Below are positions 37,473 to 51,720 of a stretch of 64,000 nucleotides of DNA, one piece after another (positions within the stretch are counted from its first letter, which is position 1; each line of letters begins with the position of its first letter). The position numbers and the translations under genes are program-made. The stretch covers positions 23,994,001 through 24,058,000 of the forward strand of contig OX597822.1 in NCBI GenBank assembly GCA_951406725.2, in the 5' to 3' direction. Under the pieces are notes generated by a model. That model made no database searches. It saw nothing but the letters and a program-made list of their open reading frames with translations, and was not told the origin of the DNA. Source of the stretch: Octopus vulgaris. Lineage: Eukaryota.

Positions 37473-39710
37473 CATGCAATCAACAGCCAAGTTCCGTTTA
37501 CCAAAAAATGGTGTTGGAAGGAGGAGGTATTCTATATTCAAGCATTTATAGTAGGGTGTTTTTTTTTCTTTTTATACTAATTATAATTTTCTAAGTTGTA
37601 GACAGTGGGTGTAAATCAAACCAATAAAACAACAACACCACCAACAAAAAGCCTACAGTATAGTATTCTAGAGGGAGCTTTTATTAGTCACTAACCGAAA
37701 TCTTATCAGTGGCATCAAGGATCTATTTCAAGTATACTTCTACTTAACTAATCTGATTGTAACCTGCTGAGTGGAGGAAACAAAAAAAAAAAAAGAAAAG
37801 GCAAACTCACTAATGCATGCAAACTACCTGTTCATTTAGTACTTGTTGAAAACAGACAGTGTAGGTGTCTCTGCTGATTAGAACCATTCATGGCTTGTGA
37901 AGTTTTATGTTAAGTAAATAATATCGAAACATTTTGCTTTATTATATATTTTTTTTTTAATTAAGGGAGATGGTAAGCAATATCAAAGGGATGATGATGA
38001 TGATGATGACAATGGTGGTGGGGACGGCAGTGGTGGTGGTGGGGTGGCGGCAGTGGTGGTGGCAGCGGCAGTGGTGGGGGTGGAGGCTGCGGTGGTGGTG
38101 GTGTAGATGATGATAATTATTATGATGATGATGGCAATGTGATGGAGGTGATGATAAGATGATGATGATGCCAAAGGTGGTTGTGGTGGTGGCGATGTTG
38201 ATGATGTGGTGATGGAGATGTTGATGATGTGGTGGTGTGGTGATGATGCTGCTGCTCATGATGATGACAGTGATAATGACAACAATGATGATGATCATAA
38301 CCTTGATGATGATGATGGCTGGTATGCGTTACATAGAAGACTAATAGAAAGGAAACACTAACCTAATCTCTTTCTCTCTCTCCCCCTTTTTTTCTCCCTC
38401 TCCTTTGCTCATAAAGTAATTTTAGGTGAAATTAAATACAGAAGCAGATTTGTGGCAAATTTAAAAAGAAAATTCACTAATTATTCCTGTACAAAATATT
38501 TATTAGAAATACTTAATTAGTTTTTCTACTACACTTTTTTTTCACTTAAATGCTATATAAAATTTTTGCATCTGTAACTATATGCACGATGAACACCCAC
38601 TGCAGAGGATGCAAATAGCTACACTAGGGAAACAAATGATATAACCTGCATTTTGTGCTTACCAGACTTTTACCTATATATCGAAATGGAAATCAAAATC
38701 AAATTCGATGACTGGATCCGTGCTAGTGGAGCGCTAAGAGTACCATATGAGTGTGATCGTTGCCAGAGCAACAAGCTGGCCTCCATGCTGGTGGCACATA
38801 AAAAACATCATTCGAGCGTGATCGTTACCTGCGTCGCCTTACTGGCACTTATGCTGGTGGCATGTGAAAAAACATTCGAGCAACGTCATTGCCAGTGCTG
38901 CTGAACTGGCTCTTGTGCAAGGTGGCACATAAAAAGCACCACTTTAGCATGGCCGTTGCCAGTACCGTGCGACTGGCGCCCATGCCGGTGGCACGTAAAA
39001 GCGCCCATTACACTCTTGGAGTGGTTGGCATTAGGAAGGGCATTCAGCTGTAGAAACTCTGCCAGATCGGATTGGAGTCTGGTGCAGCCATCTGGTTCGC
39101 CAGACCTCAGTCAAATCGGCCAACCCAATTGCCAAGGTCAATTTTATCAACCCTGAAAGGATTGATAAAATAAGTACCAGTTGAGTACTGGGGTTGATGT
39201 AACTGACTTACTCTCTCCCCAGAATTTGCTGGCCTTGTGCCAAAATTTGAAACCCATTATTGCTGCTGCTACTGTTGCTGTTGTTGTTTAAGTCCCAGGT
39301 CTGTCCTTATTAAGTAAACCTCTAATCATAGGCAAACAAGCCATGACCACCTCATCATTTCACACATTGGAAAATAATTGTTTCTGTGTATCTTTCCTCA
39401 TTTAAGTCAGTGGGGTGTGTGATTCGAATGAAAAAGCACCACTTATTTTTAGCAGAATGGGCAACTATGTAGAAGCCTCCATCATTGGCTTGAATAAATT
39501 AAGTAGACAACTGTGTAGACATCCTTCTTTTTTTCAAGTCTTTGAGATGTTTTTGCTGCTGTTGTTGTTGCTGTTAATGTCTGTTAGCAATAAGAGAAGT
39601 TGATGACAGTGGTGGGGAGGATTCAGCCATTTTTAGCTAGTGTAATCATATCATACACACACACATATATATACATATATGTGTGTATATATAAACATAT
39701 ATACACACAT

Positions 39711-39742
<32 letters not shown>

Positions 39743-39756
39743 CTATCTACATACAC

Positions 39757-39800
<44 letters not shown>

Positions 39801-40380
39801 GTACATATATTTATATATACACACACAAGTATATATTATGTAACACTTAAGATTCTAATACAACTTTTCATATCAGAGGAATCTGATGTGATGTAATTAC
39901 ACAACTTCGAGGAGGTCGTTTTTTTATTTTGCTTCTTTGATATCTTTTTTATATTTATATGTTTCTTATAAACCAATCGAACCATGTAATGTTCTTCTAC
40001 GTTTTAATGACAAAAGTGGAACTTAGTCATAAACTGTTTCCCACCTGCTCCTCCTCCTCCTCCTCCTCTTTCTCATCATCATCATCATCATTACTGTTGT
40101 CATCATCATTGTCATTACCAACACTACCACCACCACAAACATCATCACCATCTTCATTACCATCACCACTCACCACTACCACTACTGCTGCTGCTGCCAT
40201 CTCTGGGTAGAATTGGTAGATTAGCAGAATCAAGAGAGAGGGACAATTCTGAGTTCAAATCCTACCAAAGTTAACTCAGCATTTTCATCAGTCTAGGGTT
40301 GATAAAATAAAGAGTTCATATTTAGTGTCAGGTAAGATGGTGAGCTGGCAGAATCGTTAGCACACCAGGCAAAATGCTTA

Positions 40381-40744
40381 CTCTTTACTCTTTTACTTGT
40401 TTCAGTCATTTGATTGTGGCCATGCTGGAGCACCACCTTTAGTCAAGCAAATCGACCCCAGGACTTATTCTTTGTAAGCCTAGTACTTGCTCTATCAGTC
40501 TCTTTTACCAAACTGCCAAGTTATGGGGACGTAAACACACCAGCATCGGTTGTCAAGCGATGTTGGGGAGACAAACACATACGATGGGTTTCTTTCAGTT
40601 TCCGTCTATCAAATCCACTCACAAGGCTTTGGTCGGCCCAAGGCTATAGTAAAAGACACTTGCCCAAGGTGCCACGCAGTGGGATTGGACCCAGAACCAT
40701 GTGGTTGGTAAGCAAGCTACTTACCACACAGCCACTCCTATGCC
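40381..40744 (-). mobile_element. SINE family A nested in a SINE B (40333-40920)
   Basis: The B head ..AAAATGCTTA| resumes |TTAGCAGAATTTTGTC after the A copy; TTA is duplicated. Confidence 0.82.
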
Positions 40745-41124
40745 TTAGCAGAATTTTGTCTATCTTTATGTTCTGAGTTCAAATTCCACTGAGGTTGACT
40801 TTGTCTTTCATCCTTTTGCATTCGATAAAATAAGTAGCAGTTGAGTACTGAGGTAAATTCTACTGACATATACCCACACCCAAAATTGCTGGCCTTGTGC
40901 CAAAATTTGAAATCCATATTTAGTCCCAGGCGTCAATCACTCTATCCATGTTCCTAGGTGAAAGACATTTGATTCTACTTTCATGAAGCTAAAAGTATCT
41001 TGTCTAATTTGGCAACTGATGCAAGGTGTCTACTCAGTTACCCATCCTTGCTTCCTGGCTGCTGGGTGTATGTGTGTTTGTCTGTGTATATATGTACATA
41101 TATATGTATGTGTGTATATGTATG

Positions 41125-41172
<48 letters not shown>

Positions 41173-41570
41173 CATACATATACACACATACACACATATA
41201 TATATGTATATATATCACTTATCACTTTACTAACTGCACTAAAATCCTTGAAAAAGATACAACTATCCGTTTCTCTTCAGTGTATAATTCTGGAAACTTT
41301 ATCAGAATCATCATCATCATCATCACTACCACCACCACCAACAACAACAACCCCAACACTGCCACTGCTATCATCATCATTATCATCATCCTCATCATTT
41401 AATATTCACCCAATATAGCTGCTTACCACTATATACCACCACATCCAATAAATTTTAAGACAGGCAAAATGAAAAGGGCAAAATTCACAAGGCTAAATAT
41501 GCCTGTTACAACTATGGGGATGTAGGATGGTACCAGAGGTTATATCAGGGCAATCCAGGATTGTCTATGG

Positions 41571-42327
41571 CTGTGTTTCTCAACCGGGGCCCATATGGCC
41601 CTTGAGTTTCCATATAAGATTCAGGGGGTCCATTCATGCAACAAGATAGTAAATTGGGGATCTGCGATAGTATTTTAAGGGCACCTGAAACAATTTTGCT
41701 TTAGACGTATGTACTGGTATGTATTGCAAGAAAGAATTGGGTTTCTTTCTGTAGCATTTTACATAGGCGTAGGAGTGGCTGTGTGGTAAGTAGCTTGCTT
41801 ACCGACCACATGGTTCTGGGTTCAGTCCCACTGCATGGCACCTTGGGCAAGTGTCTTCTACTATAGCAACCAAAGCCTTGAGTGGATTTGGTAGACGGAA
41901 ACTGAAAGAAGCCCATTATGTATATGTATATATATGTGTGCGTGTTTGTGTGTCTGTGTTTGTCCCCCCAACATCGCTTGACAACCGATGCTGGTGTGTT
42001 TACGTCCCTGTAACTTAGTGGTTCGGCAAAAGAGACCGATAGAATAAGTACTAGGCTTACAAAGAATAAGTCCTGGGGTTGATTTGCTCGATTAAAGGTG
42101 GTGCTCCAGCATGGCCACAGTCAAATGACTGAAACAAGTGAAAGAGTAAAAGAGTAAAGAGTATAGTTCAACCTACACAAGTTAATGTGTGAAAAACAAA
42201 ATAGGAATTTTGAAAGAAGTTTCTATAAAACTAGTTTTTAAATAGTGAATGCCTATGGTGTGGGTACCCACCAGAACAAAATAGTAATCACAGGGGTCCA
42301 TAGCTAAAATATGATTAAGAACCCCTG
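41571..42327. mobile_element. hAT (Charlie-like) MITE interrupted by SINE A
   Basis: Ends CTGTGTTTCTCAAC and ATTAAGAACCCCTG; 8-bp flanks GTCTATGG / GTTTATAG match at 6 of 8 positions. Confidence 0.65.
41766..42161 (+). mobile_element. SINE family A
   Basis: Full length, with a (GTAAAAGA)n tail. Confidence 0.87.
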
Positions 42328-42829
42328 GTTTATAGGGTACCTCAAATCCACGTATATGGTTACTCCTATTCATCATCTTTACAGCGCTTTTCTCGTTGTT
42401 ATGGTCTTGTTCTACACTGTTATTACTATTCATAATTACTTCCTGCAGTATTCGTCCTGGCTCTAAACATTCTGAGTTCAAACCCGGCTGAAGTCAACCA
42501 ACTGACTGAGGTCATCCTTAGCTTTCATCCTTCCGGTGCTGATACTGTTTCCGGTATGTCGAGAGACCACACAGGGGCTGGATGGTACTTTGTATTGTTT
42601 CTTGTTGTTGTTGCTAACGATGTTGTTGCTGTTACAGTTCATGGCAATGGGCGATGGCAGTTAAAGGAAGATAAATCTTTGTATCAATGACGATGGAGAT
42701 GGTGACAATGATGATAGTGATGGTGATGATGATGTCAGTGTGAAGAGGTTTATTGTTGTTAAAGGAAGGGTGGATGAAGTGAGTAAAAGGCGGATAGTAT
42801 AGTAAAATTAGTTATTGTCAATGGTTATG

Positions 42830-43345
42830 CCAGTCATGTAGGTGGTAATGATACTGATGGTGGTGGTGGTGGTGATGGTGGTGGTGGCAGGGATGGTGGT
42901 GGTGTCAATGGTTATGCCAGTGGCAGGGTAGATGGTGGTGATGGTGGTGATGGTGGTGGTGGTAATGGTGGTGATGGTGATGGTGGTAATGGTGGTGGTG
43001 GTGGTAGTGCTGCTGCTGCTGGTGGCAGGGATGGTAGGCAGGGATGGTAGTGGTGGCCATGGTAGTGACGGTGGTGGTGGTGGCAAGGATGATGGTTGTG
43101 GTGGTGGTGCTGGTGCTGATAGCAGGGATGGCAATGGTAATGTTGGTGGTGCTGGTGGCAGTGATGATGCTGGTGATGGTAGCAGGGAAGGTGGTGGTTG
43201 TGGTGATGGTGGGGGGTGGATGGTGGGTGTGATGGTAAGAGTGGTAGTATGGATGGTAGTGGTTATTGTGACAATGGTGGTGGTGGTGGTGGTGGTGGTG
43301 GTGGTGGTGGTAGTAGTAGTAGTGGCAGTGGTAACTGTGACAGTG
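42830..43345. repeat. Degenerate (GGT/GAT)n low-complexity tract
   Basis: Direct inspection; similar tracts occur at 4070-4380, 36050-36270, 37990-38320 and 62390-62710. Confidence 0.9.
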
Positions 43346-43940
43346 GTGGCAACGATAGTGCAGGTATATTAAATGAACTGTTGGTGGGCGACCAAGGCGT
43401 GGCTGGAAAACAACAACAACAACAGCAGCAGTAGCAACAACAACAACAAATGCTGCAAATGAAGGAACACACATACATACAGACATCTTCTTTTCCACTT
43501 CACATCATTATTTGGATCTCAAAGAAAAATAAACAAAACAAAACAAATAAAAGAAAAAAGAGAGAGAGAGAGAGAGAAGCCATTTCTAAACTTAGCTAAG
43601 AACCATCTCACATTTCAGGGCAATAAATGCATAATTCTTTCATCAAACGAGCATTTATATTTAGAGCGATGTTGAAAATTTAGACAATTATTCATGTAGA
43701 TAGCTGTGAAGCAGAAATGTGAGGAGAACGTGAAAGTATTTAAGAATTCCATGTAGTGGGTTCCTTAAACATAAATAGAGCTAGAGGTTGCACTATGAAA
43801 AGTTTTTTTGTTTTTTTTGTGTGTGGTAGTTTGGGGTTTTTTGGTGTTGTTTTTGTTTTTGATTTTCTCATTATGACGCGCAAAGACAGTGGTGCATTGG
43901 AATAGCAATCAAAAATGTAATGTGCCTCGTGGGTTTCAGG

Positions 43941-44230
43941 CAGTGGTTCCTGATCTTTTCTGGGCTGCTACTCCCTTGGCACCAAGCCACATTTTTAGCA
44001 CCCCTCCAAACACTCACCGCCACAAATGTAGACCACTTTCTGCGGCAAATTTCAAAACAACTGTATTTCCCAAATAAAACTTAACCAAATTAATCCATTA
44101 TTTGGGGTGGTTTTTTTCCCATCCATTGCCCCCTTTTGGCTACCCCATTATCGCCCCACTTTTTTTTCAATGCCCCCTGGATCTTCCAATGATCCCATGG
44201 GAGCAGTACCACCCACTTTGGAACCCAATG
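43941..44230. mobile_element. hAT-like MITE
   Basis: CAGTGGTTCC... and ...TTGGAACCCAATG termini; flanks GTTTCAGG / ATTTTAAG. Confidence 0.5.
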
Positions 44231-44420
44231 ATTTTAAGCTGTGGCTCCCATTCATTCATTTTGACTTTGTAACTTTCAAGTGATGAAAGAATAATTTATT
44301 GATACACTTAGCAGGGAAGGTTTAAAACAAAAACGCCTTATTTTAAAAGTTAAAAATTTAGAAATACATATCCCATCACTATTTGCCTTTTTTGTTTTAT
44401 CTCCATTAATCATACATATG

Positions 44421-44830
44421 TGAGGCATGTCTGTATGATAAGAATTTTGCTTCACAACCATATGGTTCTGGGTTCAGTCCTACTGCGTAGCACCTTGGGC
44501 AAGTGTCTTCTATTATAGCCCCAGGCTGACCAAAGCCTTGTGAGTAGATCTGGTAAACAGAAACTAAAAGAAGCCTGATGTGTGTGTGTGTGTGTGTGTG
44601 TGTGTTGTGTGTGTGTTGTGTGTGTGTATGTGTGAGTGTGTGTCTTTGTGTATGCATTTGTCTCCCACCACTGCTTGACAACCAGTGTTGGTGTGTTTAC
44701 ATCCCTGTACCTTAGTGGTTCAACTGATAGAATAGGTACCAGGTTTTACAAAGAAATAAAAATTACTGGGATTGATTCTTCAAGGCAGTGCTCCAGCATA
44801 GTCACAGTCAAAGGACTGAAACCCGAAAAA
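44421..44830 (+). mobile_element. SINE family A (older, diverged)
   Basis: B box, CACCTTGGGCAAGTG and the A-type tail are recognisable. Confidence 0.75.
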
Positions 44831-45420
44831 AAAAAAAAAATATGTATATACAACATAAATCCCCTACAAAGCCCAACCCCACACTGACAGGTCAAAGAAC
44901 AGAGGGCACATTTATATGGACCACCTCTTACCAGAGGTAAGAATGCACTTGTGGAGGGCCAACATCCCTACTGAGAAAAAAAAGCATAGTTACAAAAGCA
45001 CAAATGACAATTCAAAAACAGCAGAGCCTACAAGAAGATCTTCTCAAAAAGACATCTCAGAGATGAGAATAGAGGGGGAAAGCCATCAACAACTGTGCTC
45101 TGTAGGGAGTGAAGAGCTTAATTAAGTAATTTAACATAATTACAAACAAGACATTTTTTTCAAGATGCTCTAGCTAATTTAGTCTGGATTTTTTAAATCC
45201 TGGAATTATATATTTGAAAACTTGCTGTACAGCTAGAGATCTCTTGTAGCACATTCTTGGAGATGAGAACAGAGGAGGAAAATCATCAATTTTAGGGAGG
45301 GGTCATTCAATTAGATTGACCCCAGTATGCAACTGGTACTTAATTTATTGACCCCAAAAGGATGAAAGGCAAAGTCAGCCTCAGAAGAATTTGAGCTCAG
45401 AATGTAAAGACGGATGAAAT

Positions 45421-45647
45421 ACTCATTTACTATTTTTCAGTCATTTGACTGTGGCCTTGCTGGAGCACTGCCTTTAGTCAAGCAAACTGACCCCAGGACT
45501 TATTCTTTGTAAGCCTAGTACTTATTCTATCGGTCTCTTTTGCCGAACTGCTAAGTTACAGGGACGTAATCACACCAGCATCGGTTGTCAAGCGATGTTG
45601 GGTGGGGGGACAAACACAGACATACAACCATACACACACACACACAC

Positions 45648-45746
<99 letters not shown>

Positions 45747-45920
45747 ACACATATATACGACAGGCTTCTTTCAGTTTCTGTCTACCAAATCCACTCACAA
45801 GGCTTTCGTCGGCCCGAGGCTATAGTAGAAGACACTTGCCCAAGGTGTCATGCAGTGGGAATGAACCCAGAACCATGTGGTTGGTAAGCAAGCTACTTAC
45901 CACACAGCCACTCCTACACC
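45421..45920 (-). mobile_element. SINE family A nested in a SINE B (45290-45990)
   Basis: B sequence flanks it on both sides. Confidence 0.82.
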
Positions 45921-47827
45921 TGGCATGCTAACATTTCTGCCAGGTCGCCTACGCCCAGTGTGGTAACATTTCTGCCAGGTGGCTACCTTTCTGGAATTAT
46001 ATATTTGAAAGAACACTGTACACCTAGAGATCTCTTGCAGCACATTCTTGGAGGACTTCTGCTTTAGAGAATCAATTTTAAATTTAGTAACAGCTATTGC
46101 ATTTCACAATAGTACTTTTCTTTTTTTTTTGTTTGCATCTCAAAATTTGCCAATCCATGCTTTGAAGAGAAACCTCTGTTAGCATAGCAGGTTCAGTATT
46201 CTTTGAAAGACAAAAAAAAAATCTCTCAGCCAAGAAAAACAAAATATTCCCCAAGGTGTAGGGTGGGTGGATTGTTGGGGAATGTGCACTTAGTTAAAGA
46301 GGTTTTGCAAAAAAAAAAAGAAAAAGAATATGTATTCATTCCAATTGAAAACATGACTAAGATAAAAAACAAAACATTTCTTCATGAGACAAAAACCTTG
46401 TGGAAACAATTTGAAATATTAGGAATCTATCTAATAGAAAGATAAGAAAAAACAAAATAATATAAAGCTGGCTTAAAGACAAAAGCAATAAACTTAGAGA
46501 CTTAAACATATATACACACATGTACATATGCACACACACACGCATACACATATTCACACACACATGAAAACACACATACACACACATGCACACGCACTCA
46601 CGCGTTCACATCACTCGTTCAATACCATAAAATGTTTCCCTTTCCTTTACATTCATCGTTTCAATCTGTTGCAGCCATCATCCACCATCACCACATCAGA
46701 TGTTAATACATATCAACTGTAATCCTGGATTGGGAGAGTCAAAAGGTTTTTAACATTTATCCAAGGGGCCACATAGAGTCTCCAGAGAGAAGGGGTAACT
46801 TAACATTCCTTCTCTAGAGTGACTGTAAAAAAACAGTCCTGGCTCTGCGGGTAAAAAGTTTGCTTCCCAACCACATGGTTCCAAGTTCAGTTCTACTATG
46901 AGGCACCTTGAGCAAATGTCTTCTACTAAAACCTCAAGCAGACCAAAGCCTTGTCAGTGGATTTGGTACAGAAAAACTGAAGGAAGCTTGTCATATATAT
47001 ACGATTATCATCATTTAACATCTATGCTCCATGCTCCATGCTGGCATGGGTTGGATTTTTTGACATGACCTAATAAGAACAGGGACTGCATTGTGCTCCT
47101 GTGTCAGTTTTGGAATGGTTTCTACAGTGGGATGCCCTTCATAATGCCAACCCCCTTTCCACTGCAAACTGGGTGCATTTTCATTTCACCAGCACAACTG
47201 AGGTTACCATGCAGCTTACAAGGCTTCAAACCCCAAGGGGGCAGCTTTATACTGGAAACTGGGAGGATGGAAAAAAAATAAGAGAGAAGGGACCAGAGCA
47301 GAACAGGTCCTTATTGTCGAGGAGATCCATGACTACTCACATTTTTGAAGAAATAGGGGGTGATCGGGTGGGCCTGGAAAGAAATGGAAATAAGGTAAGT
47401 AGAAGTGAGTGGGGACAGATGGACCAGAAGTGTGGGTTAGTGAATGTTGCAAGAGATATGGGGACAGTGAGAGAAAGGGAATAGGTGAGGAGAGAGAAGA
47501 CAGGTAAAGGACTGTACATCTGCCCTTCAACCCTACCCAGTCTTTAAAGGATTGTGGCCATGCTGGGGAACCTGTCTTGAAGGGTTTTAGTGAAACTGAT
47601 TGAGACTATTCTTTTACTCTGACTGCAGCCAAGCTGGAGCACCAAGTTAAAGGGTTTTTTAGAAAAGAAATTGCCTCCAGGACTTATTTTTTGTAAGCCT
47701 AGTACTTATTCTATCAGTCCCTTTTGCCAAAGCACTAAGTTATAGAACATAAGCACACCAACACAGGTTGTCAAGCAGTGATCGGGGTGGGGTGGGGGAA
47801 CAAACACAAACCCACACACATATAAAT

Positions 47828-47859
<32 letters not shown>

Positions 47860-49542
47860 GATGGGCTTCTTTCAATTTCTGTTTACCAAATCCACTCACA
47901 AGACTTTGGCTGTGCTGAGGCTATAGTTGAAGACACTTGCCCAAGGTACCACGCAGTGGGACTGAACCTGGAACCATGTGGTTAGGAAACAACCTTCTTG
48001 CCACAAAGCCATGCCTAAGTCTGGCATTTGTTCTATCAGTCTCTTTTGCTGAACTGCTAAGTTATGTGAATGAAAACAAACCAAAACCAATTATCAATGG
48101 TTGGGTTGGGTTGGGGGGGGGACAAACACACACATATATGACAGGCTTCCATACAGTTTCTATCTACCAAATTCACTTAAAAAGCTTCCATGACCCAGGG
48201 CCATAGTAGAAGACACTTGCCTAAGGCGTAAAGATTGGGTAGAGTTGAAGGGCAGACATAATAAATGGTGGTGGTGGTGGTGTTGGTGGTGGTGATGGTG
48301 TTGATGGCAATGGTGATGATGATGAGGAAGATGAAAATTTAACATGGATGATAAAATGGAACCAGGAAGAATACTATCAATTTCAAGATTACACCAAAAT
48401 ATATTTCAAGATATAACCAAGATTAATTTCAGTTCAAACTTTGTTTATATTCTTTACTCATGAATCAGCATTAGAGTGTAGCGTAGAGAGAGAGAGAGAG
48501 AGAGAGAGAGTGAGTGTGTGTGTGTGTGTGCGCACTCATGTGCACGTTTGCGTGTGTGGGTGGAATCAGCTTTTAAGGGGGTATAGGAAGAAAGTGATAG
48601 CAAAGATGTGTCAGGGTTCTAGAGCAGATGACGCTAGCTAGCAGTACCACTGTCAGTGGTAGTAAATAATAAAAAAAAAAATTGGGGAAGGAATGGTTAG
48701 GGAAGCCTATTGTCTGAGACAGGTGCTTCTGTAAAGAACCAAATTAAGCTGTGTAATGATTTTAATAACAGATGTTTGCTATGATGTAAGAAGTCTTTCC
48801 TTCCTCTAGTTTCCTCTTTTTGTGAGTCATATTATTATTATTATTATTATTAATATTATTATTATTATTATTATTATTACTATTATTTTGCTTCTTGTTT
48901 TCCTTTAACGAGCAGCCAAATTATATTTTTAGAATATTCCAACAGACTTTGTTATTTTCAATTTTATTTAATTATCTATCTACATACCCGAATGCTTGCT
49001 TGTTTCTAAGTCTGTCTGTCTGTCTCACTCTCTTTCTTTCTCTCTCACTCACTCTCTCTCTCTTTGGCACAGTCTAACTATACTTATTTAGCGATATATT
49101 TACATAGGTACTAACACACACACGTTATGTACACACAGACACACTCAAACATACCATTAATATATCTTATCTGAAAATTAATATATTATTAAATGCTACC
49201 TTATGGAACACCTTCCATGCATATTTGTATGTACATAAATATATCTAGCCATCCGTATAACATCCATCCTCCCATCTAACCATCCATCCACCCATACATG
49301 CATATACAATCCTGAGAGATATCAAAGAACTCAGGCACCAAAACCACTGAATATTAAAAAAGTAGTGGTTGGGATGGTCTCTGTGAAAAATTTAATAAAA
49401 TGCAAATATAACAGATCAGACATAGTGATTAGGGACAGGAAAAAGAAACTATGTACAGCTGAGTAAGTCAGCTGCCCAGCGTGTATCAAAATGAAGCTAA
49501 AGATAAGTGAGAAAAATAAAACACCCATGCTAAACTATTCAA

Positions 49543-49543
49543 A

Positions 49544-49610
<67 letters not shown>

Positions 49611-49628
49611 GCAATAATAATAGTAATA

Positions 49629-49679
<51 letters not shown>

Positions 49680-49828
49680 GTAATAATAATAATAGCGATA
49701 ATAATAATAATAGTAATAATAGTAATAATAATAATAATAGCAATAATAATAATAATAGTAATAATAGTAATAATAATAATAATAGTAATAATAATAATAA
49801 TAATAATAATGATAATAATAATAATAAT
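49543..49828. repeat. Long (TAA)n microsatellite
   Basis: About 285 bp with TAG/CAA variants. Confidence 0.97.
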
Positions 49829-50010
49829 TGTTTAACATCCGCTTTCCATGCTAGTATGGGCTGGACGATTTGACTGAAGACTGGTGAACCAGATGGCTGC
49901 ACCAGGCTCCAATCTGATCTTGCAATGTTTCTACAGCTGGATGCCCTTCCTAATGTCAACCACTCTGAGAGTGTAGTGGGTGCTTTTACGTGCCACCGGC
50001 ACGAGGGCCA

Positions 50011-50400
50011 GGACAAGATATTAAAAGATCTTATTCAAGTGGACAAGAAGTTAGAAAATATTAGACCTGACATAACGACTGTAGATAAGGAAAAGCAAAG
50101 TTTCTTACTTATTGACCCATCATGCTCATTTGATTCCAGGATTGTGAAAAAAAGAGGAAAAAATTTTTTAAATATACAATTCCTTAAAATTTGAAATAGG
50201 AAGAATTTGGAGCATGCAAACAGTAAAGGGTTGTGCCTATAATAATTGGTGTGTTGGGAACAGTAAGTGAAGATATAGACAAAATGGCTAAAGGAGATTG
50301 GAATAGAATGCACTGTAGAGCTTCTACAGAAAGTGTGTCTCTTAGGGATAACAAGGATTATCAGGAGGGTTCTAAGCACTTGTGCTGAAAACTTGTAGAA
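50011..50400 (+). pseudogene. R4/Dong-type restriction-like endonuclease fragment
   Basis: IQVDKKLENIRPDITTVDKEKQSFLLIDPSCSFDSRI (PD..D motif), then across frameshifts FEIGRIWSM, PIIIGVLGTV and WLKEIGIECTVELLQKVCLLGITRIIRRVL. Confidence 0.8.
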
Positions 50401-50408
50401 ACCTAAGG

Positions 50409-50750
50409 CTACAAAATACAAATATCTGGAAATAGAGGTAACTTGAATGTGGAGTCTAAAAACAATTCCTATCATAGTAGGTGCATTAGGTTTGATAAAG
50501 AAATATTCAGACAAATATATAATAAAAATACAAGGACTAAGTAGTATATATAACATACAGAAGATAACACTACTATGCACTGCACACATCCTATGTAAAA
50601 CAATTTCAATACAGTAAAAACAAGAGCATCACAACAAACCACAGCAGATACCCAAGGCACACAGGGCTGCACTCAGTAGTGCAGTGAAAGCATGTGATAA
50701 AAATAAGAGTATTGAATAACAACAACAATAATAATAATAATAATAATAAC
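50409..50750 (+). pseudogene. Another R4/Dong-type 3' end with UTR and TAA tail
   Basis: KYKYLEIEVT*MWSLKTIPIIVGALGLIKKYSDKYI..IYNIQKITLLCTAHILCKTISIQ*, then UTR and (CAA/TAA)n. Confidence 0.8.
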
Positions 50751-51720
50751 GGGTTCCAAATTTTGGCATAAAGCCAGAAATTTCGGGGTCAGGGAGCTAG
50801 TAAATGACACTGGCCCCAGTGTTCAACAGTACTTATTTTATCAACCCTGAATGGTTGAAAGACAAAGTCAACTTCAGCAGAATTTGAACTCCAGAACATA
50901 AAGACAGATGTAATACTGCTAAGCATTTTGCCTATTTCTAAAACCTTGCAAGGCAGGTGCCTTAGCATGGTTACAATCCAATGAGTGAAACAAATAAAAG
51001 AAAAAAAATACACACCATTGGGTTTTTTTTTTTTCTGTAATAACAGATTGAAAATATTGACAGAAAATGAAAGAAGGAAAAATAGGAATTTTTCGTTTGA
51101 GGAAATACGAAGAACTGGAAAGCTCTTTTATTTAACCAATAAAACTATGCCAAAATTTTTGTCCAAATAAAGATATAAATAAACAAATAGATATATAACA
51201 ATAAATAAGTAAAAAACAATAGCTACAAATGGAAATAAGAAAACAAAATGTGGAGCTTTTAGTCAAATGAATACCAATTAAAATGATTAAAATGATTAGT
51301 GAAAGTTAGTTGTTTCATGAGTGATAAGTAATACAATGATGTTTTTAGTTTTTATACATGAAAGGAAAATGCTACTTAATGAAAACCCATTTGAGAAAAT
51401 GACGTACTTAAGCCAGTTCTTTGCATTTTTCTTTCCAAACTTAAGAACATGCTTTGGTAAAAGTTTTATATATAAAAGTGTGTGTGTGTGTGTATGCACA
51501 TTCATGTATGTATATATGCAATATATATAATATCATAAATGTATATCTATCTATCTATCTATATATATATATATATATATATTTCCATGCTAGCATGGGT
51601 TGGACGGTTCAACTGGGGTCTGGGGAGCCCGAAGGCTGCACCAGGCCAGTCAGATCTGGCAGTGTTTCTACAGCTGGATGCCCTTCCTAACGCCAACCAC
51701 TCCGAGAGTGTAGTGGGTGA

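Noticed and set aside
44870-45120. Possible LINE C-terminal remnant
   Set aside because: Purine-rich and LINE-like in feel, but no motif could be read confidently in any frame.
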